Assembly: GCA_963701085.1 (NCBI GenBank)
Contig: OY969561.1
Span: forward strand, 224,001-288,000
Direction of reading: 5' to 3'
DNA from: an uncultured bacterium
GTDB taxonomy: Bacteria; Babelota; Babeliae; Babelales; Vermiphilaceae
Length of the DNA stretch: 64,000 bases
Positions within the stretch are counted from its first letter, which is position 1; each line of letters starts with the position of its first letter. Both the position numbers and the translations under genes were made by a program. The notes beneath the pieces are model-generated. The model did no database searches and was not told the DNA's origin. It saw nothing but the letters and a program-made list of their open reading frames with translations. Positions 1 through 9,692 of the stretch are shown here, piece by piece.

Positions 1-3000
1 AGGTATGCGCACGGGTCGTGTTGTTGTGTAGCAGCATATTCCATAAGAAGAACACTTTTTGTTATATCTCCTTGAATGGTGGCTTTTAAAGCGGCATGAA
101 AATCAGGAGATACATTACTATTTTTGAGGTCTTTAACCATACTTTTCTTCAGGTCAGCGATCGATGGTTTAGCCTGCAAAGGTGTTTCTATTTTTGTCCC
201 TATCCATGCTGGGTGTAAAGGTAAGTTTATTCTGTTCACATCATGAACTATTTCATAAAAGTGCGTAAGGTTGATGTGGTGAGTTATGAGATTGTTTTTG
301 ATTATCGATAATAAACGTTCTTTGATGTGCGACGGTTTATTTTGTATCGTGATGATGGTATCAATATATGTACATAAAGCGGATAAGAACTCTTTATGGC
401 AAAATTGATTGTCTATTAAGCCATATAAAAAAGCGTCCTGTAAAAAAGCTTCTGCGGTATTGCTTGGTGTTGATTCGTCACAGAGTAGAAAATGGTGATT
501 TGAAAGAATGACTAAAGCACAAGGGTGGTTTTTGTTAGCAGCTTGATGCATTAAGATCAAATAGTTTTCTTTGTCGCGATTTTCAGCTGCGCTCACTCCA
601 TTAAGGAAATCAGGTGAAGTTTCTTTGTATTCATGATCTTTTATCATATTTTTTTTAGAATTTTGAATAGAAGAAAGGATTGTAGGATTACCAACATAAG
701 AAATGACCGTGTCAAAAGCCGCCGTTTTGATTGGTTCAAAGACCAAGGATAAGTTGATACCATGTATTTCTTTAAATATTTCACAAAAATCGCTGATGTT
801 AATTCCAACGATTTTAAGAGTTTCTTTGATTGTTGATAACAAGTGGGATTTCATTGAGAAAGGTGGCGTTGTTGTTAATGATTTAATATATAAAAATAAT
901 GTATAGACAAAATACATGTTGTGGAACTGTTTTGGTGTGTTGCTATGAGCCGGCTTTATTAAACCATAGGTAAGAGCTTTGTTTAAGAATTTTTCTGAAT
1001 TGCTATAATCTTGCTTTTCTAGGTACCATAAAGCAAGCTCTATGCATGCGTTTTGATGATTTTTTTCAGCAGCTTTGTGCCAAAATTTAATGGTATCCTG
1101 TAATTTACCTTGTGATTTATAGTGCAGCGCGGTCTGACAATCAGCAGAGCTTTCCACATAGTTGATATTTTTTATCATATTTTTTTCAGAAGTACGTTTC
1201 TCAAGCAATGTCATTTTTTCATCAAGAGAGATAAGTTTTTTTTCCAATGCAGCAGCTTTGTTTTGAAGAGAATTTTTATTTTGAGTTTTTTTATTTTTTA
1301 TGAGCGCACAACATTCTGGATAAAGCTCAAGAGAGGTTGGATGAGGTGGATTGTTCGCTGTTACATCTTGAGTAAGTATGGGAAGAAAATCATCTATGCT
1401 CACTGATATATCAGTTTTTTCATCTTTGTGCTGTTCTATGTATATTTTTGCTAATGCGTGAGCTGCCGACATCAGTCCCAATTGTGCGCTTTTTCGCAGA
1501 TTTTCAATATCAATGATTCCTGTTGCTTTTTCGTGTGCAAGAGCATCTTTGTAATATCTGCTGGCAAGAAAGGTTTGAATAGGTTGCTTATAGTGAGGTA
1601 ATTTAAATGTAGTACAAAGTGGTCCTAAAACTATATCTAGATACAACATTCCCGCAGTAAGTAGATCTTCTTTGTTGCTGTGCTGATACATCACGCCGAG
1701 CGTGTAGGTACCAAGGGCATCTATGAGGGTTCTTTTTTTTGGCTGGTTCATATAACGCTTAACGTAGTCAAGAAGCGTGTCTCGGCAAGAGATTACTATT
1801 TTTTCAATAATATCATTTTTATTGTTCAAGTAATGGTGTTGTTTTTGTGCTTTACTAAAGAGCAGCATTGTCTTTTCTAGTTGTTGAGTGTCTTTTTTAT
1901 AGTAGTCGCAAAGAATATAGTAAGCTAAAGCAATTCCTTCTTCAGTAAACTGGTGTAAGAGCTGTATAATCATAGTTGTTTTATTTTGTTGTGCTGCATT
2001 GTGGGGGCTCAGCAGTGCCTCTCGGGCATAGTTGAGGCTTTCGGCAAGATAATTGATATCATCAACACCAAGATAATTTACGGCACCTAAATAAGGTAGC
2101 AGGGTGAGTTGCGCATTAAAATTACCTAACTTTGCAGCTGATAGGAGATAGTGGGCAAGTTCTTTTTGTTCGAGGGTCGTTTTGTTTGGATTTGGAGATG
2201 AGTCTAGAAAATCAGCAGCTATGTGTGCCTCTGCTGCTAAGCAGCACCAATCAATAGCATTATTGGTAAAAATTTTGTTTGTTATAAGATAGCGAGTGCG
2301 TTCTTTAATGTTTGATGAGTCGTCAAAAGTCACAAGACTATTTTTCCTATATGATCGTAATTGTTCAAGGCATTCAAGCGCTTGATTATATGCGCTATCG
2401 TCTGGAGTGTTATTCAAGAGAAATTGTATTTTGAATTCCAACAATTTTTCTTTGGTAATGCCGCTTGCATTGGATAAGTCTTGAGCGTTAAGCATGAGAT
2501 TTATATTTTCTATTACTTTTGCGGAGTTATTCATTTGAATATATATATACATGCGATGTGCTATGTAATCAATATTGTTGTTATTAGTGTTAATTAAAAT
2601 AGTTATGTATGTGAGCGATTCTTCTAGGTTTATATATTTTTCTCTAAGATGTTCATCTATATAGCTTGATGTTCCACCGAATATGTTAGCCAGGCAGTCT
2701 AATAGTTCTTTATTATTATTGTGTTCTTTGAGGTACGTAATTGCTTTGTCTATATTAAGTGGAATGCATTGTTGTATGATTGGCACACGTGTTGCATCGG
2801 ATGAATAATTGAGGTAAGCATATGCCAATTCTAGTTGAGATAGCTCTTTTGTGGGACGGTTTTTTTGAATGTTTTCTTCTAAAAGTTCTAATGCATGATT
2901 GATGAGATCTTTGTTGTTACTATTGCGTAGGATAAAACATGCTTTTTCATACTGAGCGGAGCTGTTATCATCATACTGTATTGCCTGATCAAGTAAGCGC

Positions 3001-5282
3001 AAAACAGCTTCTGTATCATGATGCATAGTTGCAGCCCAGTCGGAATATAATGAGCCACAGGCAATTCGTGTCACATGGATAGTGTGTGGTAATAGGTTGT
3101 CGTCTGCAAGTGCTGCAGTAAAATGTGAAATTATTTTTTCATAGTTGGGTACAGATTTTCTTTTAATGAAGAATACGCCTGCTGCAATATTTGTATCGCT
3201 GTCATAATATGAAGGAGCTTGAATTTTGTCATAAAATGGGGAGGCTTCGAGCTCCTTGAGCCATTGATTTTTGTAAGCATTATTCATGGCTGTCAGTGCT
3301 TTTGTTATATAAAAAGCCAATTGTATTATAGCGTGAGGTGTATGATTTTGTAGTTCCGTTAATTTGATGATTAGTTTAAGCGCGAGTGGATAGTTTTCCG
3401 TTTGAATAAAAAAATCATTACATGGTGTGAGTAAAGATAAAATTGTTGCTTGATCATCGGGTGATGGTTTTTTATTACTGATGAACTGTTTTAGAACAGT
3501 TTCGAGCTCTGTGGGAGACAACTCTTTTTCAGTAGCGACATAGATTGATGCTTTAAGCAGCAGTGCGGCGCTCGGTATTGGTCCGGATAGTTTTTCTATA
3601 TAATGACACGCTTTAGCATAATTACCATTGTTTTTATGAGCGAGCGCCATAACGGAGAGGATAGTGTTATTGGATGGTTTATTTGTTTTATATGCTTGTT
3701 CACAATAGGGCAATAGTTGTGCGCAAAGATCGGATGAAGCAAATTGAGGCAAGAGAGTATGATTTTTTTGTTTGCCTATGTCATTGTGTTGATTGGTGAT
3801 GAACTCTACAATAATTTTTGTTAAAGGAGCGAATTTGGCGTACAGTTCAGGGTTGGTTGTTTCTGCTTGCGTGAGAATGTGGATTATTTCATTGTGAGTG
3901 CAATTGTTGTGTGGTGATGTATATTTGAGCGCATTGCATAAGTGTTTAAGCGATGCAACGCTGTCATTTTTACCTTCATAGAGAGTAGATAATGATCTAT
4001 GGAATGTTCTATTCAGTTCTGTAGTGTGTTTCGCATATGCAAGGTGATCTAATCCATTGAGCAATAGGGCTGTTTTTTCCTCTATGTTCATAGTGGGGTT
4101 ATGTTCTATGAGCGTTTGAGTAAGGAGGCCCACACCATATGATAGTGCGAGATCTGTTTTCTCTAATTTTTTTAACTGATTTTCGATAGTGCCAACAAGA
4201 GAAGTAAGATAATTTATATCATCTTTGCAAAAACTCTTTGATGCTGCAATATATGCCTGAAAAACGTTGTTGGTTATTTTCTTTTCTTTAAGATAAGACA
4301 CTTTATTTTTGTCATAAAAAGTACGCGCTTTATGGTAATTTTTGCATTTATAGTGGAGTTCTGCCAGAACGTAATGCAGGTCTGATGCACGTGGATCGTT
4401 TTTTTCTAATGAGGTAGCCTCTAGTTTTGTGATAACGTGAGAACATATTGGTGTATTTGCTAATTCAGAAAGTAGGCGAGATATGCCTTTTTGAGACATA
4501 ATTGTTTGTATAAATTTTTTTGTAGCATCTTTGGCAGATAGAGCATTATCTCCATAATTAATAAGAAATCGACATGCCGCCTCAATTTCTGGATTCTCAG
4601 GGCAATGGTGGTCTTGTAAAATAGTAAGTCTTGTATTTTTCTGTGTATCGTTAGTTGCCTGTAAATAAAGAATGGTAGCGATGATAAGCGCTGTTGCAGG
4701 ATCTGCGTTATTTCTCAATTCGATAAGCTCTTTTTTGATACTGTCCGTTGTGGTGATGGGGATATTATTGTTAGTAAGGTTTATCGTAAAATCCAACTGT
4801 TCAAAAGCATATGCGCAATGTTTATCTTTCATCTTTGTAGAAAATTCAGGGTCATTAAAAAAGGGAGATAATCGCTGTACATTTTTTTCAGTAAAAGCTA
4901 TTTGTGCATTAATATCACCTTTATACGCAATTTTTTTTAACACATCATGTATTAATTCATAAGATTTTCGAGTTTTTGGATTAAGCATAGAAAGATCATC
5001 AGGTATGTAAGGTGCTATTTTTGCGTAACTGATAACTGCTTGTTCAGTTTGGTTGTTTTTGTATAATCCTTCGATCTGATTAGCCCAAATAGTTGAGCGA
5101 GGTAGTTTTAAATTGTTAGCAAGAGGCTGAAATTTAGGTCGGGTGTTTTTCGGAGTTTGCTGTATGTCATAGTCTTTGTAGAGCAAGGAATTGACAATGG
5201 TCTGCTGTTTGGCATTTTGTGAGCCATTGATTGAGGTGCAGATAAAAAGTAAAAATAAAGACTGAATTAATTTGATCGGCAT
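1..5282 (-). CDS. Giant (>1760 aa, runs off left edge) exported Sel1/TPR-like helical repeat protein; absent from ORF track
   Basis: ATG at 5282 gives MPIKLIQSLFLLFICTSINGSQ (signal peptide-like). The same frame still reads open at the window start (IQGDITKSVLLMEYAATQQHDPCAY), and the track lists no terminated minus-strand ORF here. Sel1-like stretches include SAQLGLMSAAHALAKIY and HKAAEKNHQNACIELALWY. Confidence 0.85.
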   Translation of the reverse strand, partial: MPIKLIQSLFLLFICTSINGSQNAKQQTIVNSLLYKDYDIQQTPKNTRPKFQPLANNLKLPRSTIWANQIEGLYKNNQTEQAVISYAKIAPYIPDDLSMLNPKTRKSYELIHDVLKKIAYKGDINAQIAFTEKNVQRLSPFFNDPEFSTKMKDKHCAYAFEQLDFTINLTNNNIPITTTDSIKKELIELRNNADPATALIIATILYLQATNDTQKNTRLTILQDHHCPENPEIEAACRFLINYGDNALSAKDATKKFIQTIMSQKGISRLLSELANTPICSHVITKLEATSLEKNDPRASDLHYVLAELHYKCKNYHKARTFYDKNKVSYLKEKKITNNVFQAYIAASKSFCKDDINYLTSLVGTIENQLKKLEKTDLALSYGVGLLTQTLIEHNPTMNIEEKTALLLNGLDHLAYAKHTTELNRTFHRSLSTLYEGKNDSVASLKHLCNALKYTSPHNNCTHNEIIHILTQAETTNPELYAKFAPLTKIIVEFITNQHNDIGKQKNHTLLPQFASSDLCAQLLPYCEQAYKTNKPSNNTILSVMALAHKNNGNYAKACHYIEKLSGPIPSAALLLKASIYVATEKELSPTELETVLKQFISNKKPSPDDQATILSLLTPCNDFFIQTENYPLALKLIIKLTELQNHTPHAIIQLAFYITKALTAMNNAYKNQWLKELEASPFYDKIQAPSYYDSDTNIAAGVFFIKRKSVPNYEKIISHFTAALADDNLLPHTIHVTRIACGSLYSDWAATMHHDTEAVLRLLDQAIQYDDNSSAQYEKACFILRNSNNKDLINHALELLEENIQKNRPTKELSQLELAYAYLNYSSDATRVPIIQQCIPLNIDKAITYLKEHNNNKELLDCLANIFGGTSSYIDEHLREKYINLEESLTYITILINTNNNNIDYIAHRMYIYIQMNNSAKVIENINLMLNAQDLSNASGITKEKLLEFKIQFLLNNTPDDSAYNQALECLEQLRSYRKNSLVTFDDSSNIKERTRYLITNKIFTNNAIDWCCLAAEAHIAADFLDSSPNPNKTTLEQKELAHYLLSAAKLGNFNAQLTLLPYLGAVNYLGVDDINYLAESLNYAREALLSPHNAAQQNKTTMIIQLLHQFTEEGIALAYYILCDYYKKDTQQLEKTMLLFSKAQKQHHYLNNKNDIIEKIVISCRDTLLDYVKRYMNQPKKRTLIDALGTYTLGVMYQHSNKEDLLTAGMLYLDIVLGPLCTTFKLPHYKQPIQTFLASRYYKDALAHEKATGIIDIENLRKSAQLGLMSAAHALAKIYIEQHKDEKTDISVSIDDFLPILTQDVTANNPPHPTSLELYPECCALIKNKKTQNKNSLQNKAAALEKKLISLDEKMTLLEKRTSEKNMIKNINYVESSADCQTALHYKSQGKLQDTIKFWHKAAEKNHQNACIELALWYLEKQDYSNSEKFLNKALTYGLIKPAHSNTPKQFHNMYFVYTLFLYIKSLTTTPPFSMKSHLLSTIKETLKIVGINISDFCEIFKEIHGINLSLVFEPIKTAAFDTVISYVGNPTILSSIQNSKKNMIKDHEYKETSPDFLNGVSAAENRDKENYLILMHQAANKNHPCALVILSNHHFLLCDESTPSNTAEAFLQDAFLYGLIDNQFCHKEFLSALCTYIDTIITIQNKPSHIKERLLSIIKNNLITHHINLTHFYEIVHDVNRINLPLHPAWIGTKIETPLQAKPSIADLKKSMVKDLKNSNVSPDFHAALKATIQGDITKSVLLMEYAATQQHDPCAY

Positions 5283-5454
5283 TAAAAACCTTTTGTTCAG
5301 TAACATTATGCTTAATATTGAACATTAAAAAATTTTTTAATGCCTAATAGGTAGTAGTGTAACCGATGTGGTTAAAGTAGTCAAAAGCGTTGTTTTGAGG
5401 TATTCTTTTTTGCAACGAAACAATAGAGCTTTTTAAGTTATTTTAGAGGTATTT

Positions 5455-6690
5455 ATGATTGATCTTACGTTACTTCGAGAAAACCCTGAACGTGTTATAG
5501 CTGCGCTTAGTAAAAAAGATCCTCATTATGATGTGACACAGCTTATATCGCTGGATAAAGAGCTTCGTGCATTAAAAAATGAAGTTGAATTGTTGCGTTG
5601 TACTAAAAATGAATTAGCTCAGCAGGGCAAATCGGGAATAACTCCTGAATTGCGTGAGCAATCGATTGCTCTTGGCAAATTATTAAAAGAAAAAGAATCG
5701 GCGCTTGAAGCATTAGAACACGAATTTAATGAACATTATCTTGCATGCCCAAATATTTTGCTTGATGAAGTTCCCGCGGGAAATAAAGAAGAAAATATGG
5801 TGGTGAGCATGTTTGGGCAAAAGCCATCGTATTCATTTACGCCAAAAAATCATCTTGATCTTGGTGAAAAACTTGGATGGATAGATTTTGAGACGTCCAC
5901 AAAAATAAGTGCTGCAGGACTTGCTTTATATAAAGGCGAAGGCGTTGCGCTTCTTTTTTCTTTGGCGATGTTTATGCTCAAGCATAACAAAAAGCATGGA
6001 TTTAACTTTGTATTGCCTTCATTGTTTGTGAATGAAAAATCATTAGAAACAACCGGTAATTTTCCTAAATTTAGAGATCAAGTGTTTGCAGTGCCTTCTG
6101 ATGATCTGTTTTTAACACCAACATCAGAAGTTAATCTTACCAATATGTATCGCGACCATATTTTTGCAGGTTCAGAGTTGCCGCTGCGCATGACAGCGTT
6201 CACGAGCTGCTTTAGACGTGAAGGTGGTGCGTATGGTTCCAGCGAGCGTGGTCTTATCCGTATGCGTCAATTTGAAAAAGTAGAAATTGTTTCTCTGTGT
6301 AGCCCTGAGACTTCTGAACAAGAGCATGAGCGTATGCTTGCATGTGCAGAAGGTATATTACAAGCTTTAGGCTTGCATTATCGCGTTATGTTGCTTGCAG
6401 GTCAGGATGCATCATGGGCTTCTGCTAAAACATATGATATAGAAATCTGGTGCCCAGGTCAGAATGAATACAAAGAAGTTTCATCAATTAGTAACTGTAT
6501 CGATTTTCAGGCACGTCGTGGTATGATTCGTTTTAAAGAAAAGCCGGAAAGTAAAACGCAGCTTGTTCATACATTAAATGGTTCATCTTTGGCATTACCA
6601 CGATTGATGGTAGCTTTGATGGAAACTTACCAACAGCCTGATGGCACTATTGCAATTCCAGAGATATTGAAAAAAGAAGGATTGTTTTAA
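5455..6690 (+). CDS. serS: Seryl-tRNA synthetase
   Basis: MIDLTLLRENP N-terminal coiled arm; PTSEV, FRREGG..RGLIR.RQFEKVE, EVSSISNC.DFQARR and HTLNGS.LA..R motifs. Confidence 0.98.
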   Translation: MIDLTLLRENPERVIAALSKKDPHYDVTQLISLDKELRALKNEVELLRCTKNELAQQGKSGITPELREQSIALGKLLKEKESALEALEHEFNEHYLACPNILLDEVPAGNKEENMVVSMFGQKPSYSFTPKNHLDLGEKLGWIDFETSTKISAAGLALYKGEGVALLFSLAMFMLKHNKKHGFNFVLPSLFVNEKSLETTGNFPKFRDQVFAVPSDDLFLTPTSEVNLTNMYRDHIFAGSELPLRMTAFTSCFRREGGAYGSSERGLIRMRQFEKVEIVSLCSPETSEQEHERMLACAEGILQALGLHYRVMLLAGQDASWASAKTYDIEIWCPGQNEYKEVSSISNCIDFQARRGMIRFKEKPESKTQLVHTLNGSSLALPRLMVALMETYQQPDGTIAIPEILKKEGLF

Positions 6691-6710
6691 TGAAATTGGC
6701 ATTAAGTTCA

Positions 6711-6819
6711 GCGCTTAATCCTTCAACAAGTTCAGGATGAGCGCAGCGAAGATCCGATAATCTTGTGTTATTTGTATATTCCCCGCGCTCATCCTGAACT
6801 TGTTGAAGGATTAAAGCGC
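6711..6819. repeat. REP-like family A doublet (inverted pair)
   Basis: GCGCTTAATCCTTCAACAAGTTCAGGATGAGCGC (6711-6744) and its near-perfect reverse complement (6785-6819). Confidence 0.95.
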
Positions 6820-6841
6820 ACATATTGAAAAGGATTACTTT

Positions 6842-7405
6842 ATGAAGGTTGCATCTTTTTGCATAGCATTATCACAATGGCTTCCGTTGTTTGTATTTTT
6901 AATGTTTGCACGGTTTTATGATATGACGGATGATTTGTGGCGGCAGGCATTTTATGTGAGTAGCCTTTGTGCTATTCTTGTTACCGCTTTTTTGCTCTAT
7001 AAAAAAATTATTATTGATCGCCTCAGATTTGGGATCAATTTGTTTTTAATGAGTGGAGCGGTTGCTTTTTTAACTGATTCAGAATCAGTTTTGCGTTTTT
7101 TTGAAATGTATAAGGGAGTGGTATTTTTTGGTGGGATTATTGTTGTTGGTATAATCACTACGTTCTTTTCACCGTTAGGCTTTATTGGTATTTCAGTTAC
7201 CAATCAACAGGAATTAAAAAAGAGTTCGCTACTGCTTTTGGGAGCAACAATTGGAGCATTGGTGTGGTCCTTCTTTATGAATGATTATGAATCTATTGTT
7301 TCTATAGTAGTGCCTTTTATAGCATTAAGACTTTTGCGAAAAAGTTTCATTGACTCCCTATTGAAGGGATCTGAAAAGCATAAAAGTGAAGAAGAATTGT
7401 TTTAA
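6842..7405 (+). CDS. Hypothetical multi-pass membrane protein
   Basis: 187 aa with about 6 hydrophobic segments; RBS-like AAGGA upstream. Confidence 0.8.
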   Translation: MKVASFCIALSQWLPLFVFLMFARFYDMTDDLWRQAFYVSSLCAILVTAFLLYKKIIIDRLRFGINLFLMSGAVAFLTDSESVLRFFEMYKGVVFFGGIIVVGIITTFFSPLGFIGISVTNQQELKKSSLLLLGATIGALVWSFFMNDYESIVSIVVPFIALRLLRKSFIDSLLKGSEKHKSEEELF

Positions 7406-7429
7406 ATGTTTATAACTAAATTAATTTGA

Positions 7430-7625
7430 GCGCTTAATCCTTCAACAAGTTCAGGATGAGCGCAGCGAAGATCTGAACGCGTGTTTACTACTGCGTGTCC
7501 TACGAAGCCTTAGCGAAGTTGGGAGCTTGCCGAAGGGTCAGGATGAGCGTAGCGAAGATTCGATAATCTTGTGTTATTTGTATATTCCCCGCGCTCATCC
7601 TGAACTTGTTGAAGGATTAAAGCGC
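7430..7625. repeat. REP-like family A doublet with an internal family B insert
   Basis: Same arms and spacer (GATAATCTTGTGTTATTTGTATATTCCCC) as 6711-6819, plus an inserted segment containing TGTCCTACGAAGCCTTAGCGAAG. Confidence 0.93.
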
Positions 7626-7630
7626 ACATA

Positions 7631-7942
7631 ATGAAGAAGTTTAACATGCAAAATCATTTTTATGTGTATATTTTAAAATGTAAAAATGGAGCGTATTATG
7701 TTGGACATACTGATAATATTGATAAAAGACTGTCAGAGCATCATCAGGGATTAATTGATAAATGCTACACAAAAAAGATGAGGCCTGTAGAATTAATTTT
7801 TGTTCAAGATTTTTGTACTCGAGATGATGCTTTTCACGCGGAACGACAAGTTAAAGGTTGGTCTCGCAAAAAAAAAGAAGCATTGATGAGAGGTAATTGG
7901 GAAGAAATACAAGAATTGAATGCTTTACAGAAAAAAATATGA
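7631..7942 (+). CDS. Small GIY-YIG nuclease (UPF0213/YhbQ-like)
   Basis: FYVYIL-C...YYVGHT...RL.EH...YT...RPV.L...A...ERQVKGWSRKKKEAL; the catalytic Arg and Glu positions appear intact; alternative start at 7646. Confidence 0.93.
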   Translation: MKKFNMQNHFYVYILKCKNGAYYVGHTDNIDKRLSEHHQGLIDKCYTKKMRPVELIFVQDFCTRDDAFHAERQVKGWSRKKKEALMRGNWEEIQELNALQKKI

Positions 7943-7945
7943 AGA

Positions 7946-7986
7946 GCGCTTTAATCCTTCAACAAGTTCAGGATGAGCGCGGGGAA
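7946..7986. repeat. REP-like family A copy, perfect inverted partner of 7585-7625
   Basis: GCGCTTTAATCCTTCAACAAGTTCAGGATGAGCGCGGGGAA is the exact reverse complement of 7585-7625 (41 bp). Confidence 0.95.
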
Positions 7987-8041
7987 AGATAGTGAAAAAT
8001 TTTTTCGTTTAAGTGTAAATAATAATAAAATGTAGATTATT

Positions 8042-8932
8042 ATGATAACAAAAAAAAGCTTAGTGTCTTCTGAAATTGCGAGCAGAATAAAGCAGCTAGA
8101 GATTTTTACGCGTCGCTTGCTCAATGGTTCATTGGTAGGCGATAGCCGTTCTGCAATCAAAGGTACGGGTTTTGAATTTGATCAAATCCGTGAATATAGT
8201 TTTGGTGATGATATTCGGTTTATTGATTGGAAAGCATCCGCCCGCAATGATAAACTTTTAGTAAAACAGTATATTGAAGAACGCAGTAGGACAATATTTT
8301 TAGTAGTTGATGTTTCTCAATCCAGTATTTTTGGTTCTGGAAAACATAATAAAAATGCGCGCATTGTTGAACTTGCAAGTGTATTAGCATTAGTAGCCCA
8401 GCATGGTAAAGATCATGTAGGGCTTTTGTTATTTTCTGACAATATTGAAGAATATATACCACCGGGAAGTAGTTTGCGTCATGTGCATCATATTATGGAG
8501 CGCATGCTCAGTTTTACGCCAAAGCAATCCAAAACTGATATATCAAAAGCATTGCAACATCTTCTTTCAATAAAAAAAAGTGATGCAATAGTGTTTCTTA
8601 TTTCCGATTTTATTGATGATGCATTGGATACGTATCTTGCGCAGGCAGCGCGTAAATATGATCTGATTGCGGTGCGCTGTTTGGATGCAAATGAAAAAAT
8701 TATTCCAGCGGTTGGATTTATTACGGTGGAAGATTTGGAAACGGGTGAATTGGTTGAACTTGATTTGCGTGATACGCGCAATAATGAGGTAAAGAAATTT
8801 TTAGCCGCGCGTGTTGATGCACAAGATAAATTGTTCCGCCGTTGCGGCGTTGATCTTTTTGAAGTGTCGCCAGAAAAAACTGATTATTTAGTTGAGATGA
8901 TTAACTTTTTCAGGCGCCGCATGATGTACTAG
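8042..8932 (+). CDS. DUF58 (MoxR-associated vWA-like) protein
   Basis: G.GFEFDQIREY..GDDIRFIDWKASAR...VKQY.EER; DVSQS; LISDF. Confidence 0.93.
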   Translation: MITKKSLVSSEIASRIKQLEIFTRRLLNGSLVGDSRSAIKGTGFEFDQIREYSFGDDIRFIDWKASARNDKLLVKQYIEERSRTIFLVVDVSQSSIFGSGKHNKNARIVELASVLALVAQHGKDHVGLLLFSDNIEEYIPPGSSLRHVHHIMERMLSFTPKQSKTDISKALQHLLSIKKSDAIVFLISDFIDDALDTYLAQAARKYDLIAVRCLDANEKIIPAVGFITVEDLETGELVELDLRDTRNNEVKKFLAARVDAQDKLFRRCGVDLFEVSPEKTDYLVEMINFFRRRMMY

Positions 8933-8971
8933 TAGGCACTTGCGTGCCGTAATTATGAATTGTTTTTTACA

Positions 8972-9082
8972 CCGTTCGTTTCCTTCGACAAGCTTCTTAC
9001 TTCGCTAAAGCTACGAAGGACAGGCAGGACGAACGGAGTTTTATTTATCCCGTTCGTGGTGAGCCTGTCGAACCATACGAAC
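8972..9082. repeat. Composite repeat: family A with nested family B, plus a second A copy
   Basis: CCTTCGACAAGCT[TCTTACTTCGCTAAAGCTACGAAGGACAGG]CAGGACGAACGG followed by CCGTTCGTGGTGAGCCTGTCGAACCATACGAAC. Confidence 0.88.
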
Positions 9083-9098
9083 ACAACTAAATATAATT

Positions 9099-9614
9099 AT
9101 GAAATTAAATGAAAAAACTGGTTTATATGAAAATTATGGTTTGTGGCACGTGCCATTTTGGCAAACACAAACGTTTCGGCTGACAGTGGAAATTGTCGCT
9201 TGTGTTGTGTTGTTATTGGTTGTTGCATGTGTTGTGAAAAAATATCTGCAATATCGCAAAAGAAAAAAACTACCAGTGTGGGATCAAGCACTTTTGGAGC
9301 TGAGTCATTTAAAAAGGGATCACAAGGTTGACGTGGTGCATGGTAGAGAATTTTACTTGACCGTTTCGGCATTAATTAAGAAATATTTTCATGATCGGTT
9401 TGGTTATGATGTGATGGGTAAAACGGATGATGAAGCGGTTCAGTATTTACAAGATAATTATTTAGATGTGCATGGAGTTGAAGAAATTAAGGCATTGTTG
9501 CAGGGTGGCGTAATTATTAAGTTTGCTAATGCACAAGCAGCTCAAGAACAAATTGATCATGATTATGTGCGTGCTGTTGCGATTATTACGCGTACTATTC
9601 CGGAAAAGAAATAG
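9099..9614 (+). CDS. Single-TM protein of the type found after DUF58 in MoxR/Bat loci
   Basis: TM helix followed by basic RKRKK, then AL.EL..L...FY..VS..IK.Y...RFG...KT.DE and KFA motifs. Confidence 0.75.
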   Translation: MKLNEKTGLYENYGLWHVPFWQTQTFRLTVEIVACVVLLLVVACVVKKYLQYRKRKKLPVWDQALLELSHLKRDHKVDVVHGREFYLTVSALIKKYFHDRFGYDVMGKTDDEAVQYLQDNYLDVHGVEEIKALLQGGVIIKFANAQAAQEQIDHDYVRAVAIITRTIPEKK

Positions 9615-9692
9615 CAGAATTCTCAATAGTTGATAAACTAAAGTAAAAAATATAGCGGTATTGTTATTGTTACGAAAGAGATTGTTGCATCT

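Noticed and set aside
703-4962. Short plus-strand ORFs (703, 1122, 1680, 4672)
   Set aside because: Antisense to the giant minus-strand ORF, with no recognisable motifs.
6711-7986. Repeat cluster as a CRISPR array or integron attC array
   Set aside because: Copies alternate in orientation with irregular spacing and a repeated spacer. There are no cas genes, no integrase and no RYYYAAC/GTTRRRY ends.
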